NCBI GenBank assembly: GCA_051251915.1
Contig: JBPOGF010000002.1
Span: 192,001-256,000, forward strand
Source of the DNA: Akkermansiaceae bacterium
GTDB lineage: Bacteria; Verrucomicrobiota; Verrucomicrobiia; Verrucomicrobiales; Akkermansiaceae
Reading direction: 5' to 3'
Length of the DNA stretch: 64,000 nucleotides
The notes under the pieces: model-generated
The model's input: only the letters and a program-made list of their open reading frames with translations
What the model was told of the DNA's origin: nothing
Databases searched by the model: none
Shown: positions 38,939 through 49,054 of the stretch, in pieces
Numbering within the stretch: the first letter of the stretch is position 1
Layout: each line of letters starts with the position of its first letter
Position numbers and translations under genes: made by a program

Positions 38939-39406
38939 ATGGCTAGACGCAAAAGAGGCATGTTGCTGGAAGACGATGAACCAGCATTGGACATCTCATC
39001 ATTGATTGATGTGTGTTTCCTGCTCCTCATCTATTTCCTCGTGACTTCTACCATCCAACCTCGTGAGCAAGATCTACCAATGGTCTTGCCATCAAGTCAG
39101 AAATCAGACGCACCACTAGAGATCGAGCCGATGCTCATCGCTGTGAAGAAGACTGGTTCAGGGTTCTCGGTGGTAGTAAACAAGAATGATGTGTTAGATA
39201 CCTCAGTGGAGGGCGAGCGCCGACAGTTACCGCTGTTGTTTGAAAGCCTTACGACTTACAGTAACCTTGCCAATGCCAATGATACGAAGCCGTTGGTGCA
39301 GCTGTTCATCGATCCATTAGTGGAGCAACAGACCGCCATGGACGTTCTTAACTGTCTTAAAGGTGCTGGCATCAATAGTGTCACCTTCTCACAAGTTGCA
39401 AAATAA
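38939..39406 (+). CDS. ExbD/TolR family protein (second)
   Basis: DISSLIDVCFLLLIYFLV and MDVLNCLKGAGI motifs. Confidence 0.92.
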   Translation: MARRKRGMLLEDDEPALDISSLIDVCFLLLIYFLVTSTIQPREQDLPMVLPSSQKSDAPLEIEPMLIAVKKTGSGFSVVVNKNDVLDTSVEGERRQLPLLFESLTTYSNLANANDTKPLVQLFIDPLVEQQTAMDVLNCLKGAGINSVTFSQVAK

Positions 39407-39562
39407 GGGTACTACAATAATATCAAAATAAACCTAATGTTTTCACAGAGATACACGTTATATTCACTGTAGGAAACGAGGTCTGAGATGGGCGTCTTTC
39501 CAAGGAGAGTCGTCCTTCTATGTCTAAAGGAACAATATATTTAACTTAGAAATTTAAAAGCT

Positions 39563-42500
39563 ATGAAAAACAGAAAATCAATCACACTCGCGGTCACGCT
39601 TGCTGGTTCAGCTCTTGTGGGTATAATGCCTCAGACTGTCAGCGCAGAGATCGGCGAAGACGTGCCGGCAGCCATTGCGGCGATGCAGGACAAGGACTGG
39701 GCGCAAGCCAAAGGGTTATATGATAAGATCATCAAGGAAAATGGTGAGCGAGGAAAGGCTCTCTATGGTGGTAAATTTGGATTTATTTATTATAACAAAG
39801 GCTATACTGAGCTACAGCTGGCAAAGCAGATTGCAGGAGCTGGTGGTAAAAAGAACTTGGAGCAATCTAAGAAGATGTATGAAGCGGCTAAGCAGTCGTT
39901 TAACATGTGCCGGAAATTCCCAACTGATGATAAGGGCGAAAACCAATTCTTCTTCAAAGCGTTGCTGTATCTGGGACAAGCAGAACAGGCGCTTAACGAA
40001 TGTAAAGAGGCTATTGCTCATTACAAAAAATTCATCGCTGACAGAGACCCTGAAAAAAGAGGTGAAGATACTTACCACATTGGGATGTTCAATATCAATA
40101 TGGCGATCTGTCACTTCAAGTTAGAGAAGCCTGCGCTTGCAGAAGGTTTGGTTTACTATGAGACCGCGCTTAAGAATAAAGACAAAATGCGTGTGCCTGA
40201 TGCGGCTATTGTATCAGCGTTCAAGGATTTTGCAGCTGCTGCAATCGTGGATAATAAAGAGAAGATGATGGTGGATTTCGTGAATAATAATCGCGGGGTG
40301 CTGACTCTAGATCCATACCAAATGTATCAGTTCATTCCATTTTTCAGAAAATATGCTGCTGAGGCATTCTCTAAGGACATGGTTGATGGAGCATTCACGC
40401 TCTACGCACTAATGCCTGGGACGATCGAAACTGAGGAAGATCTTAGTGTTTATGACAAGGATCTCATCGGTTATACTCGAGCAGGTGTGGCAGATGGATT
40501 TATCAATAGAAATGCAAGGCAGTCAGTAGGACAGATTCAGGGAGATCTGAAGCACATCCAGAAATCTATCAAAGACGGTGAGCCTCACGAATTACTTGCA
40601 TTACGTTCACTGGCCTTCACTCACGAAAGCGAAGGCTATGTGAGAGGTGCTTATAATGCTTACAAGTCGATGGAGAATTACTATCCAAAGACTAAGGGGC
40701 GTGAAGATAACCTTTATAACCTCGTGCGTACTTCTTCATTGATTGGTGAAGTCATGGAGACTGAGAAGTTTGGACGTCTGTTCCTTAAGAGATTCCCAGA
40801 TAGTCAGTATGTTGATTCAGTGAAGAACATGATGCTTATTTCTCTCTTCTACACTGGTGAGTATGAAGTGGCATATAAGGTTTCATCTGAGCTTATTGAA
40901 GATCTCGCAGAAAATACTAAGCCACATGATCTCTGCCTACACGTTTTAGGTGGTTCTATGTTCTACCTTGGTAAATTTTATGATGCTGATGAGTTTCTCA
41001 AGAAGCACGTGAAAATGTATCCAGAGAGTGAATACAAGATAGCGGCACGTTATTTTGTGGCATCAAACTATTCACGACTTGAGGACTGGGAGAATGCAGC
41101 AACTTATCTCGATAAATTTCTCGCAGACTATCCGGATCCAAATGTGAACGCATATATTCCGTTCGCGCTTTTCGATAGAGCTAATACTCATTTCGCAGAA
41201 GAGCAATATGACGAGGCGATCGCTATTCTGGATAAAATAGAAACTGACTTTCCATCATCTGCTGTTGAAGATATATCGTTCAACCTACGAGGTGATGTGC
41301 ACAGAGCCAAAGGTGAGAAGGCGAAGGCTAATGACTACTATGTTAAAGCGCTGAACCTTTCCAAGAAACAGGGTTCTGACATCGTATCAGAAGAATCACT
41401 TTATAAGTTAGTGGCACTTCACGGTAATGAGAAGGAGGGCAAAGAGCCTAACCCTAATATTAAGGATGCAATTCCGTATTATGATGAATTCTGGAAAGAC
41501 CGCCAAGACTCAGTTTACAAGACCCAAGTAGCAGTAGCTGGTGTTCCTGCACTCACGGCTGCGGGTCGTGGTGATGAAGGTCTAGCTAATGTTCAGAGTG
41601 TTATTTCTGAAATGGCAAAACTAGCGCGCGCGCCAGGTATGGAGCAAGCGATCAATACTTACGGGAAATACTACCTACAGTCAGGAAAGTCTCCTGAGCA
41701 ACTGAAGACACACTTTGAAGATTTCCCAGATGTAGATGCTGGAGATAAGAGAGCGCAAGCTCTCCTGCGTATCGCGGTGATCGGTGTTTACGAAGACCTC
41801 ATCAAAGATGCTGAGAAAGGTGAAGACCAAGCATCCTTGGATAAGGTGGGACTTCTTAAAGCTAAGATTGACGCAATGTTCAATGACATGGATAGCAAAT
41901 TTGAGAAAACTGAACTGAGTGATTTCATCCTTATGCGTCTAGCTGACTTCATTGCTGAGCGCACTGGAAATCCACGTAAGGCGATCCCTTACTACGATGA
42001 AGTTCTAGGTAGAAATACTAATCAGTTCCGCACCATGGCACAGTTTGGTAAAGCTGGCATCCTCGCTAAGAGTGATCAGGCTGCCGAGCAGAACCAGGCA
42101 CTTGAGACGCTAAAGGATGTGCTTTCAACCAAGGATATCGGCAGAGATACCAAGGAGAGAGCGACATACAGTATTGTTGAAGTATATAACAACCAAGAAA
42201 ACTGGAAAGAGCTTATCAACCAGGCTGTGATTTACAACCAAGAGGGCTACTCAACTAAGAACAAGTCACGTGTAAGCTTATTGCTTGCGAAGGCTTACGA
42301 GAATGAGGGTAACAAGTCTAAAGCGCTCGCTGTCTATGCTAGTGTTTACACTCGTTACAAGTCAGACTGGGCTATTTCTATCCCTGCGCTTACTAAGGCA
42401 GCTGAGTTCACTAGGTCTGAAGGTAAGGAATTCAAAGGTAAGTCACCTAAGCAGATAGCTTACGATATGGCGGCTCAGTTTATCAGGGATTCCACTAGGG

Positions 42501-42643
42501 CGTATGATGAGAACAAGCTGAAAATGCCACCAGAAGTGCGTAAGTCATGGGAGGACCTCAGAGATCAAGTGCAGCGTTGGGAAGACGAAGCGGGCATCAA
42601 GTCGCTTGAGCAGCAAAAGAAAGAACTAGAAGCATCAAGATAA
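39563..42643 (+). CDS. Large exported TPR-repeat protein (1026 aa)
   Basis: Signal peptide (TVSA-E); many TPR-like helix pairs with FPDS/YPES/YPD turns. Confidence 0.88.
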   Translation: MKNRKSITLAVTLAGSALVGIMPQTVSAEIGEDVPAAIAAMQDKDWAQAKGLYDKIIKENGERGKALYGGKFGFIYYNKGYTELQLAKQIAGAGGKKNLEQSKKMYEAAKQSFNMCRKFPTDDKGENQFFFKALLYLGQAEQALNECKEAIAHYKKFIADRDPEKRGEDTYHIGMFNINMAICHFKLEKPALAEGLVYYETALKNKDKMRVPDAAIVSAFKDFAAAAIVDNKEKMMVDFVNNNRGVLTLDPYQMYQFIPFFRKYAAEAFSKDMVDGAFTLYALMPGTIETEEDLSVYDKDLIGYTRAGVADGFINRNARQSVGQIQGDLKHIQKSIKDGEPHELLALRSLAFTHESEGYVRGAYNAYKSMENYYPKTKGREDNLYNLVRTSSLIGEVMETEKFGRLFLKRFPDSQYVDSVKNMMLISLFYTGEYEVAYKVSSELIEDLAENTKPHDLCLHVLGGSMFYLGKFYDADEFLKKHVKMYPESEYKIAARYFVASNYSRLEDWENAATYLDKFLADYPDPNVNAYIPFALFDRANTHFAEEQYDEAIAILDKIETDFPSSAVEDISFNLRGDVHRAKGEKAKANDYYVKALNLSKKQGSDIVSEESLYKLVALHGNEKEGKEPNPNIKDAIPYYDEFWKDRQDSVYKTQVAVAGVPALTAAGRGDEGLANVQSVISEMAKLARAPGMEQAINTYGKYYLQSGKSPEQLKTHFEDFPDVDAGDKRAQALLRIAVIGVYEDLIKDAEKGEDQASLDKVGLLKAKIDAMFNDMDSKFEKTELSDFILMRLADFIAERTGNPRKAIPYYDEVLGRNTNQFRTMAQFGKAGILAKSDQAAEQNQALETLKDVLSTKDIGRDTKERATYSIVEVYNNQENWKELINQAVIYNQEGYSTKNKSRVSLLLAKAYENEGNKSKALAVYASVYTRYKSDWAISIPALTKAAEFTRSEGKEFKGKSPKQIAYDMAAQFIRDSTRAYDENKLKMPPEVRKSWEDLRDQVQRWEDEAGIKSLEQQKKELEASR

Positions 42644-42678
42644 CTAGTGAACCATAAAACAACTAACTAATAATCATC

Positions 42679-43635
42679 ATGAAAATTCTAAAATCAATCA
42701 CTGCAGCAGTCACTACTTTAGCACTCAGTGCGACAATGACTAATGCTCAGGTAGAGATGCCGATGGTATCAGGATACCTGATCAAGGCGGACGCTTCTTA
42801 CGAACGTGTTCTGGTCATCGGGTCTAATAGTGCAGGGAATGTTTTCTATAAAGAAAATGCTAACTCTGTTCAAACAGTCAAAGCTCCAATCGATTCTTTC
42901 TCAGGGATCTGGTTATTTGAGCCTGCTGACTTCACTGCGGCTAAGGACCTGTATGAGGAGCGAAAGTATCAAGAGGCTAAGGATGCATTTATCGCTCTTC
43001 AGGAGCGCTATAAGAACTACAAGTATCTAGAGGATAGCTACTATGAGCTTAGTCAATTTTACGAAATGGAGTGCTATCGTAAGCTTAAAGATTACGAGAC
43101 ACTTGCTAAAAAATTAGAGCTCTATGCTCCTGATAGACTTACTCGTCCAGGACAAGTTCAGCAGACTAAGCTCTACAGAATGTATGACGCGGTGCACAAG
43201 AAGGACTGGAGCCGTCTTGACTCCTTATGTCAGGACTACATTCAAGATCCGATGCTTACTCTTGGTCAACGTGCTCAGGTGTCATTCTGTCAAGGTCTAG
43301 CCTATGAAGGCTTGGAGCAAGATAATGATGCTCTCAATGCTTATGCTACTGCGATGACTGCTGACTTTACACGTTCAGAGAGCATTGTCCGCGAATCTGC
43401 TTTGAATTCATTGCGTATCTTTGATGCGGATGAGGAAATCAAGATTGCCATTAGTCTATGGGGTAAGCCTGAAGAAGAGAAATCAAGTGCCGGATACCGT
43501 AAGCTAGCGGAGGCAAATGCTCTTGCGCGTCTCTATGACAAAGCGGGGCTTGGTGCTGGAGTTGAGCTACCGGCTAAGTATAAGAAGTTTCAGAAGTTCA
43601 CTTCTGAGGCGATGTTAGAAAAGCTGAAGAAGTAA
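42679..43635 (+). CDS. Exported protein with TPR-like helices (318 aa)
   Basis: Signal peptide (MTNA-Q); AKDLYEERKYQEAK and GLAYEGLEQDNDALNAY segments. Confidence 0.82.
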   Translation: MKILKSITAAVTTLALSATMTNAQVEMPMVSGYLIKADASYERVLVIGSNSAGNVFYKENANSVQTVKAPIDSFSGIWLFEPADFTAAKDLYEERKYQEAKDAFIALQERYKNYKYLEDSYYELSQFYEMECYRKLKDYETLAKKLELYAPDRLTRPGQVQQTKLYRMYDAVHKKDWSRLDSLCQDYIQDPMLTLGQRAQVSFCQGLAYEGLEQDNDALNAYATAMTADFTRSESIVRESALNSLRIFDADEEIKIAISLWGKPEEEKSSAGYRKLAEANALARLYDKAGLGAGVELPAKYKKFQKFTSEAMLEKLKK

Positions 43636-43650
43636 GTTTTATATACTCAT

Positions 43651-43688
43651 AAAAAGCCCCGCCTGATGAGAGTCAAGCGGGGCTTTTT
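43651..43688. terminator. Bidirectional intrinsic terminator
   Basis: AAAAAGCCCCGC...GCGGGGCTTTTT. Confidence 0.85.
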
Positions 43689-43929
43689 CTTTTAATGAAT
43701 ACGAGTTAATTTATAGCACTGCGTAGAACAAATAAGAGAAATGGTTTCAGTGAGGTATTATAGATAGTGTTTCAAATCTAGAGCGGGGCGGGTGGTTTTT
43801 CTTTCTAACTGGCTTGTTCCTCCGCCCTGGGCCTTACGGTCTGGCTGTGTCGCACCATTCCGTTGTTGTAACGCTTTGGTAGGAAGAGAAATCACTTCGT
43901 CATTGGTCTTATTTTATCACTACTTGGTT

Positions 43930-44529
43930 TTATACCTCCGTGAACGTTCCTGATGAACTTGATTCGATAGTGGCGCCATCCTTAGTGCCACTAACACTCG
44001 TTACAAAGGTGCCTGAGCTACTGGATGTAAAAGTCAGTGTGTAGACCGTTGTGATGCCGTCTTCAATAACGGTAACTTCTCTGTTTGTGTTATCGGTTGT
44101 GTCCGTTGAGCAGGTGTAAGTTCCAAATTGATCCACATCTACAGGCCCCAAGCCAGCCGTGACGTTGGTGGTAAAACCAGCTACAGTGGTTGAGATTTTG
44201 GTAATGTCAGTGACTCCCGTAATGTGAGTAGTTCCATTATCCAGATACTCAACTGTGAGATCGTAATTGATGTCTGAAACTGTGCGTGATGAAACAGGAA
44301 TAGTTGTTTCAGTGGTAGTGGTTTGTGTTCCGATGAAGCGATAGGATTTACCCTCGAAGCAATCAGCGTTGCTGTCATTATCGTCTTCGTCATCATCGCC
44401 ACCGCTTCCTCCGGCACCTCCATTGTTCACTATATTTGTGGAGTTGTCGCTTCCATCGCAAGAAGAGATGGTCATAGGTAGGGCAAGGCAAAGGGATGCG
44501 ATGGCTATCTTAAGTAGTGTCTTTTTCAT
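43930..44529 (-). CDS. Thr-rich lipoprotein
   Basis: Signal peptide with ISSC lipobox; Gly/Asp linker followed by a beta-rich domain. Confidence 0.8.
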   Translation of the reverse strand: MKKTLLKIAIASLCLALPMTISSCDGSDNSTNIVNNGGAGGSGGDDDEDDNDSNADCFEGKSYRFIGTQTTTTETTIPVSSRTVSDINYDLTVEYLDNGTTHITGVTDITKISTTVAGFTTNVTAGLGPVDVDQFGTYTCSTDTTDNTNREVTVIEDGITTVYTLTFTSSSSGTFVTSVSGTKDGATIESSSSGTFTEV

Positions 44530-44639
44530 GTTGGTTTAATTGTTGTTGATTCCCCATATTTTTTCAGGAATGCTGTAAAATATGCAAATTTCAGAATGGC
44601 GACAAGCTACAAAATGATGAGTAATAAAGAATTTTGGTA

Positions 44640-44668
44640 TTGCTAAATTTCTAGTGCTTCTTTAAGTT
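44640..44668 (+). promoter_or_regulatory. Sigma70-type promoter for the putative 6S RNA
   Basis: TTGCTA-17 nt-TAAGTT, ending 6 nt upstream of the stem start. Confidence 0.55.
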
Positions 44669-44674
44669 CATTTC

Positions 44675-44846
44675 GCTGCTATGTGCGTCCACATATAGAA
44701 CAAGCCCAGACCGATGATAATACAACGGGAGCATTAACCCAGAGGTGCAATGTCATGCCTTTTTAGGAAGACAGCGTGCTGAAAGGCGTTCCCACTTACT
44801 GAGCTTTCGGATTAGTGGCTCTTAGTTCTATGGACGGCATGGCGGT
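44675..44846 (+). ncRNA. ssrS: Probable 6S RNA
   Basis: 172-nt rod. The ends pair (GCTGCTATGTGCGTCC/GGACGGCATGGCGGT; TAGAAC/GTTCTA). A central 12/13-nt bubble is closed by CCGA/TCGG and GGGAGC/GTTCCC. A T-rich tract follows. Confidence 0.75.
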
Positions 44847-44864
44847 ATTTTTATTTCTATTTTT

Positions 44865-45248
44865 ATGAAAACTTACCTCTATCACCACTGTGTTCCGTTT
44901 CAAGATACTGACATGGCGGGGGTGGTGCATTATTCCCGTATTTTAGGGTATGTGGAGCTGGCGGAGCATGTGTTTCTGCGCGAGCTTGGGATTCCGCCTA
45001 TTTCAAAAAATGGTGGGTTGCCTAAGGTGCATGTGGAGTGTGATTATATGAGGCCATTGAGGTTTGGGGACGAGTTGGGCGTTGAGCTGTTTTTGCTGAA
45101 GTGTTCAGCTAGATCAATCCAGTGGGGATTTGAGATTTCTGTGCATGGTGAAATTTCAGCTAAAGGGAAACTTATCACGGCCTATGTAGATAGTGCGGGG
45201 AGGGCTGGTGAAATGCCGGCTGAATGGCAGGTTTTATTGGGTGAGTAG
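44865..45248 (+). CDS. Acyl-CoA thioesterase (hotdog fold)
   Basis: FQDTDMAGVVHYS and ECDYMRPLRFGD motifs. Confidence 0.9.
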   Translation: MKTYLYHHCVPFQDTDMAGVVHYSRILGYVELAEHVFLRELGIPPISKNGGLPKVHVECDYMRPLRFGDELGVELFLLKCSARSIQWGFEISVHGEISAKGKLITAYVDSAGRAGEMPAEWQVLLGE

Positions 45249-48200
45249 GCTGGAGATTTCTTGTTGGCTGAGGCCTTGCATGAGTGGGGCGTCATCTTCG
45301 TCTCCGAGGGTGGAGTCGATGAGGCCTTGTTTAGCTTGTTGGAGACGGATGATTTTTTCTTCGACGGTTCCTGTGGTGACCATTTTGTAGACGGTGGTGG
45401 GCTTGGTTTGGCCGATGCGGTAGGCGCGGTCAGTGGCTTGGGCTTCTACGGCTGGGTTCCACCATGGGTCGAAGTGAATGACGGTGTCAGCGGCTGTGAG
45501 GTTGAGGCCGTAGCCGCCGGCTTTGAGGGAGATGAGGAAGGTGTCTGGGCCAGTGGGGGATTGGAATCTTTCTACTTCTTTGGCGCGGTCTTTGGTGGCG
45601 CCATCTAGGTAGGCGTAGGTGATGCCGGCTTCTGATAGAGCTGCTTTAATGATGCTTAGCATGCTGGTGAACTGGCTAAAGATGAGGACGCGGTGGTTGC
45701 CTTCTTTTGCTTCTCTGAGGAGTTCTAGGAGGCGGACGAGTTTGCCTGAGGCTTCGTCCATGGTGATGTCCATTTCTGAGTCTAGTAGGCGTAGGTCAGT
45801 GGCGGCTTGGCGGAGGCGGAGTAGGACGGTGAGGATCTGGATGCGGGCAGCGCCTGCTTGATCTTTGCCCATGGATTCGACTTTTTGGGCGCCTTGTCTG
45901 AGGAGCTGGGCGTAAGTTTTCTTCTGGCTGGGGCTGGGGTCGCAGTAGATGGTCTGGAGGATTTTTGGTGGGAGGTCTTTGGCGACTTTTGCTTTGGTGC
46001 GGCGGAGCATGAAGGGTTCTACGCGCATGCGGAGACGCTTCATGATGGCTGAGTCTGCGGAGTTGTTAGAGAGGGGTTGTTGGTAGTGAAGTTGGAAATC
46101 TTTTCTGGTGCCTAAGTAGCCAGGGAGGAGGAAGTGGAAGAGGGACCAGAGATCTCGCACGGCATTTTCTACGGGAGTGCCGGTGAGGGCGATGCGGTGT
46201 TCTGCGTGGAGCTTTCTTAGGGCTTTGGCTGCTTGGGTGTCTGGGTTTCTGATGAGGGATGCTTCATCGATGACGAGGGTGTGGAATTTCTGGTTGGTGT
46301 AGAAATCTAGATCTCGGGCGATGAGGGCGTAGCTGGTAATGATGATGTCTGCGCTGTGGGCTACGGTGAAGTAGTCTTTGCGTTTTGGTCCGTGGAGGAT
46401 GAGGGTGTTTAGGTTTGGGAAGAATTTCTTACACTCCGCCTGCCAGTTTCCTAGGAGGGAGGTGGGGCAGACTACTAGGGCTTGCACTCGCTGACGTTTG
46501 CCTGCAGGGGGAGGGGTAGAGGAGTTGCTGGCTTTTAGTAGGTGGATTAGGGAGAGGGTTTGGAGGGTTTTACCTAGGCCCATGTCGTCTGCTAGGAGGG
46601 CAGCGCCGTCATGGGTGGTGCGGTCATGGAGCCAGGCGATGCCTTCTTCTTGGTAAGGGCGGAGGGTTTTCTGGATCTCTGGGGGTAAGTTTTTGATGAT
46701 GGAGAGATCTGGTTTTGTGAGGGGTTTATTGGAGTAGTGGTTTTGGAGTCTTTTGAGGTAGGCAGCTTGTGCTTTTGGGGCGTAGTAGAGGCCGTTTTCT
46801 TGTTTTGGGTTGGTGTCGCGCAGGACGGTTTCTACGGTGTCTGCATCGAAGTTTGAGATGATGACGCGTTTACCGTTTTTGGATGTGCCGCTGCGTTTGC
46901 CGCTGGCGAGCATGCGCTGGATGACTTCTTTGGGGATGTCTTTGCCGCTGTCGGTTTTGAAATTTACATCGAAGGCTAGCCAGTCTTGTCCTGAGCTTTG
47001 GGTTTGGTCACCTTTGAAGTCGAAGGATGGGGTGATGCGGACGATGTTGTTTTTCTGGGAGTTGAGTTTCTGGGAGGATTTTATTTTCCAGCCGCTTTCG
47101 TGCTCTAGGTCTGGGAGCGTGGAGGTAAGAAATTCTATGATGGCGTCCTCGTTGTTCATCTGCCAGGTACCGCGTGGGTCAGTGATCTGGAAGCCAGCTT
47201 GCATGAGTGTGCCTGCGGCGAGGTCTTCTGCGTCTCTATTTCTGGTGAGGTAGTGGTTTTTCTTGCTGGGGTGAGGGATGGGGAATTCGATGTCGCAACT
47301 TTGGGTTAGACCTATAGTGTGAGTGTGGGTGTCTGAGCTGGAGTAGTGGGCTTGGATCTGGGCGGAGAGGAGCTGAGTGGAGCCGTCTAGTATGAGTGTG
47401 ATACTTGGTTCGGCGGTGGAGATGGGGATGTCTGAGAGGGATGAGTCATCGTCCCAGATGATGAGGTCGCTCTGGGCGTCTAGGCTAGTGAGGAATTCTG
47501 TGAGGGGGAGAGAGACGGGGTTTCCGTCTGTGATGCGTTGCCAGTAGCGGGGTTTCCAGAGTTGGGCGACGTCGTGGATGATGAGGTAGTGGTGTTGTTT
47601 GTCCCAGAGGTAGAGGTGGTCTTCGGCGTGCCAGGCGATGCCATGTTCTAGGACTGACGGACATAGGCGGACGTTGATGCGGTCATCGTCACGGGTGAGG
47701 GTCATGGGGATGCGGCTACCGTTATTGTGGATGGATGCTTTCTTCCCTGCGGCATATATTCGGGTGTGGCCTATTATTTTGTTTAGGAATACTAGTGCTT
47801 GTGGGCCGCGGAGACCTAGGATGGGGGGGGATGGTTTGCCGGTGACGTGAATGAGCCAATCGGTGAGGGACTGGTCAGTGAGTGAAATGGTGGTGTCTTC
47901 GACACGTGATAGTTTGACGCTGATACCTCCTTTTCCTGCGTTGATACTGTCAGGAAAGGTGGGGGGGAGGTCGATTTGGAGGGGAATGCAGGTGTTTTTG
48001 CTGGTGTTGGGGGTAAGTTTTTGTGCTGAGGAGCTGGCTCTGGTTTTGGTTGTTTCTGGGGGGGAAGCTACAGAAATGGAGTGTAGCATGAGGGCTACAG
48101 CGTGTGCGCAGATTTCTCCTGTGCGGCGGCATTGCATCCTGGGGCAGACGGTATCTATGTCTGTTTCTGAGTGGATTTTGACAGTGACGCGTGTGGGCTT

Positions 48201-48347
48201 GGGGCTGGCTCCTGCGCGTAATGTGCCGGTGATGACGCTACCTTTAGTGGTGGAATCAAGTACGGAGCCTTGTTTGAACAGGTCTCTACCTGCTTTATTT
48301 GCCTTCCAGCCTGCTGCTTTTGCGATCCATTTTTCGGTGATTTCCAT
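45234..48347 (-). CDS. SNF2-family helicase with an N-terminal SWIM-like zinc finger
   Basis: CPRMQC...CAH; LADDMGLGKT, DEA, TGTPVEN, DPWWNP and RAYRIGQ motifs; start MEITEKW. Confidence 0.93.
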   Translation of the reverse strand: MEITEKWIAKAAGWKANKAGRDLFKQGSVLDSTTKGSVITGTLRAGASPKPTRVTVKIHSETDIDTVCPRMQCRRTGEICAHAVALMLHSISVASPPETTKTRASSSAQKLTPNTSKNTCIPLQIDLPPTFPDSINAGKGGISVKLSRVEDTTISLTDQSLTDWLIHVTGKPSPPILGLRGPQALVFLNKIIGHTRIYAAGKKASIHNNGSRIPMTLTRDDDRINVRLCPSVLEHGIAWHAEDHLYLWDKQHHYLIIHDVAQLWKPRYWQRITDGNPVSLPLTEFLTSLDAQSDLIIWDDDSSLSDIPISTAEPSITLILDGSTQLLSAQIQAHYSSSDTHTHTIGLTQSCDIEFPIPHPSKKNHYLTRNRDAEDLAAGTLMQAGFQITDPRGTWQMNNEDAIIEFLTSTLPDLEHESGWKIKSSQKLNSQKNNIVRITPSFDFKGDQTQSSGQDWLAFDVNFKTDSGKDIPKEVIQRMLASGKRSGTSKNGKRVIISNFDADTVETVLRDTNPKQENGLYYAPKAQAAYLKRLQNHYSNKPLTKPDLSIIKNLPPEIQKTLRPYQEEGIAWLHDRTTHDGAALLADDMGLGKTLQTLSLIHLLKASNSSTPPPAGKRQRVQALVVCPTSLLGNWQAECKKFFPNLNTLILHGPKRKDYFTVAHSADIIITSYALIARDLDFYTNQKFHTLVIDEASLIRNPDTQAAKALRKLHAEHRIALTGTPVENAVRDLWSLFHFLLPGYLGTRKDFQLHYQQPLSNNSADSAIMKRLRMRVEPFMLRRTKAKVAKDLPPKILQTIYCDPSPSQKKTYAQLLRQGAQKVESMGKDQAGAARIQILTVLLRLRQAATDLRLLDSEMDITMDEASGKLVRLLELLREAKEGNHRVLIFSQFTSMLSIIKAALSEAGITYAYLDGATKDRAKEVERFQSPTGPDTFLISLKAGGYGLNLTAADTVIHFDPWWNPAVEAQATDRAYRIGQTKPTTVYKMVTTGTVEEKIIRLQQAKQGLIDSTLGDEDDAPLMQGLSQQEISSLLTQ

Positions 48348-48529
48348 GTGCTCAGTGAGTCCCTGTATGGGGTTTCTACAGTCTTGATGGAGTAGTGGCA
48401 ATTTGGAAAGCAAAAGATTCATTCATCTACCCTTGACGCATCTCATAATAAAACGTTATTTTCTAATCACGTCAGCCTCATCCGAGGCCAACCTAGAAAC
48501 AATTATTCATCATCTAACAATCATTTATC

Positions 48530-49000
48530 GTGGATCTCAAAGACATTAAGAAAATCGTAGAGCTCATGGATGAGCATGAACTTTCCTTCTTTCACCTAGA
48601 AAAAGAAGACTTCAACCTCAAACTCAAAAAAGGTGTGGATGCTGATGCTATCATGGCAGCGATGCCAATGGCTGCTCCTGCTCCAGTTCAAATGGCCGCG
48701 CCAGCCGCCGCACCCGGCGCCGCAGCAGCAAGTGCACCAGCCGCAGCCGGTGCTCCGGCAATGGATGGCGAGCCGATCGACTCACCAATGGTGGGGACTT
48801 TCTACAGGAAGTCATCACCAGATGCACCTAACTTCGTAGAGGTGGGAGCTAGTGTCAATGAGGGTGATACTATCTGTATCATAGAGGCAATGAAAGTGAT
48901 GAACGAGATCAAGGCTGAGAGAAGCGGCATGATCACAGCTATTCTTGTCGATGACAGCGAGCCTGTTCAGTTCGGTGACACTATGTTCACCATCAAGTAA
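48530..49000 (+). CDS. accB: Biotin carboxyl carrier protein of acetyl-CoA carboxylase
   Basis: Ala/Pro linker; SPMVGTFY and EAMKVMNEI motifs; GTG start. Confidence 0.97.
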   Translation: MDLKDIKKIVELMDEHELSFFHLEKEDFNLKLKKGVDADAIMAAMPMAAPAPVQMAAPAAAPGAAAASAPAAAGAPAMDGEPIDSPMVGTFYRKSSPDAPNFVEVGASVNEGDTICIIEAMKVMNEIKAERSGMITAILVDDSEPVQFGDTMFTIK

Positions 49001-49054
49001 TTTAACTTATTTTAACAAAGGCTGCTTAGTCGGCTTATTTTCCCAGATCAATTT

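Noticed and set aside
37541..39406. Zorya ZorAB, flagellar MotAB or canonical Tol-Pal
   Set aside because: The partners are ExbD-type with no OmpA-like peptidoglycan-binding domain, and no tolA, tolB, pal or flagellar genes are present.
45234..48347. SNF2 helicase as part of an anti-phage defence system
   Set aside because: It has a standalone SWIM-SNF2 architecture among housekeeping genes, with no methylase, nuclease or other defence partner.
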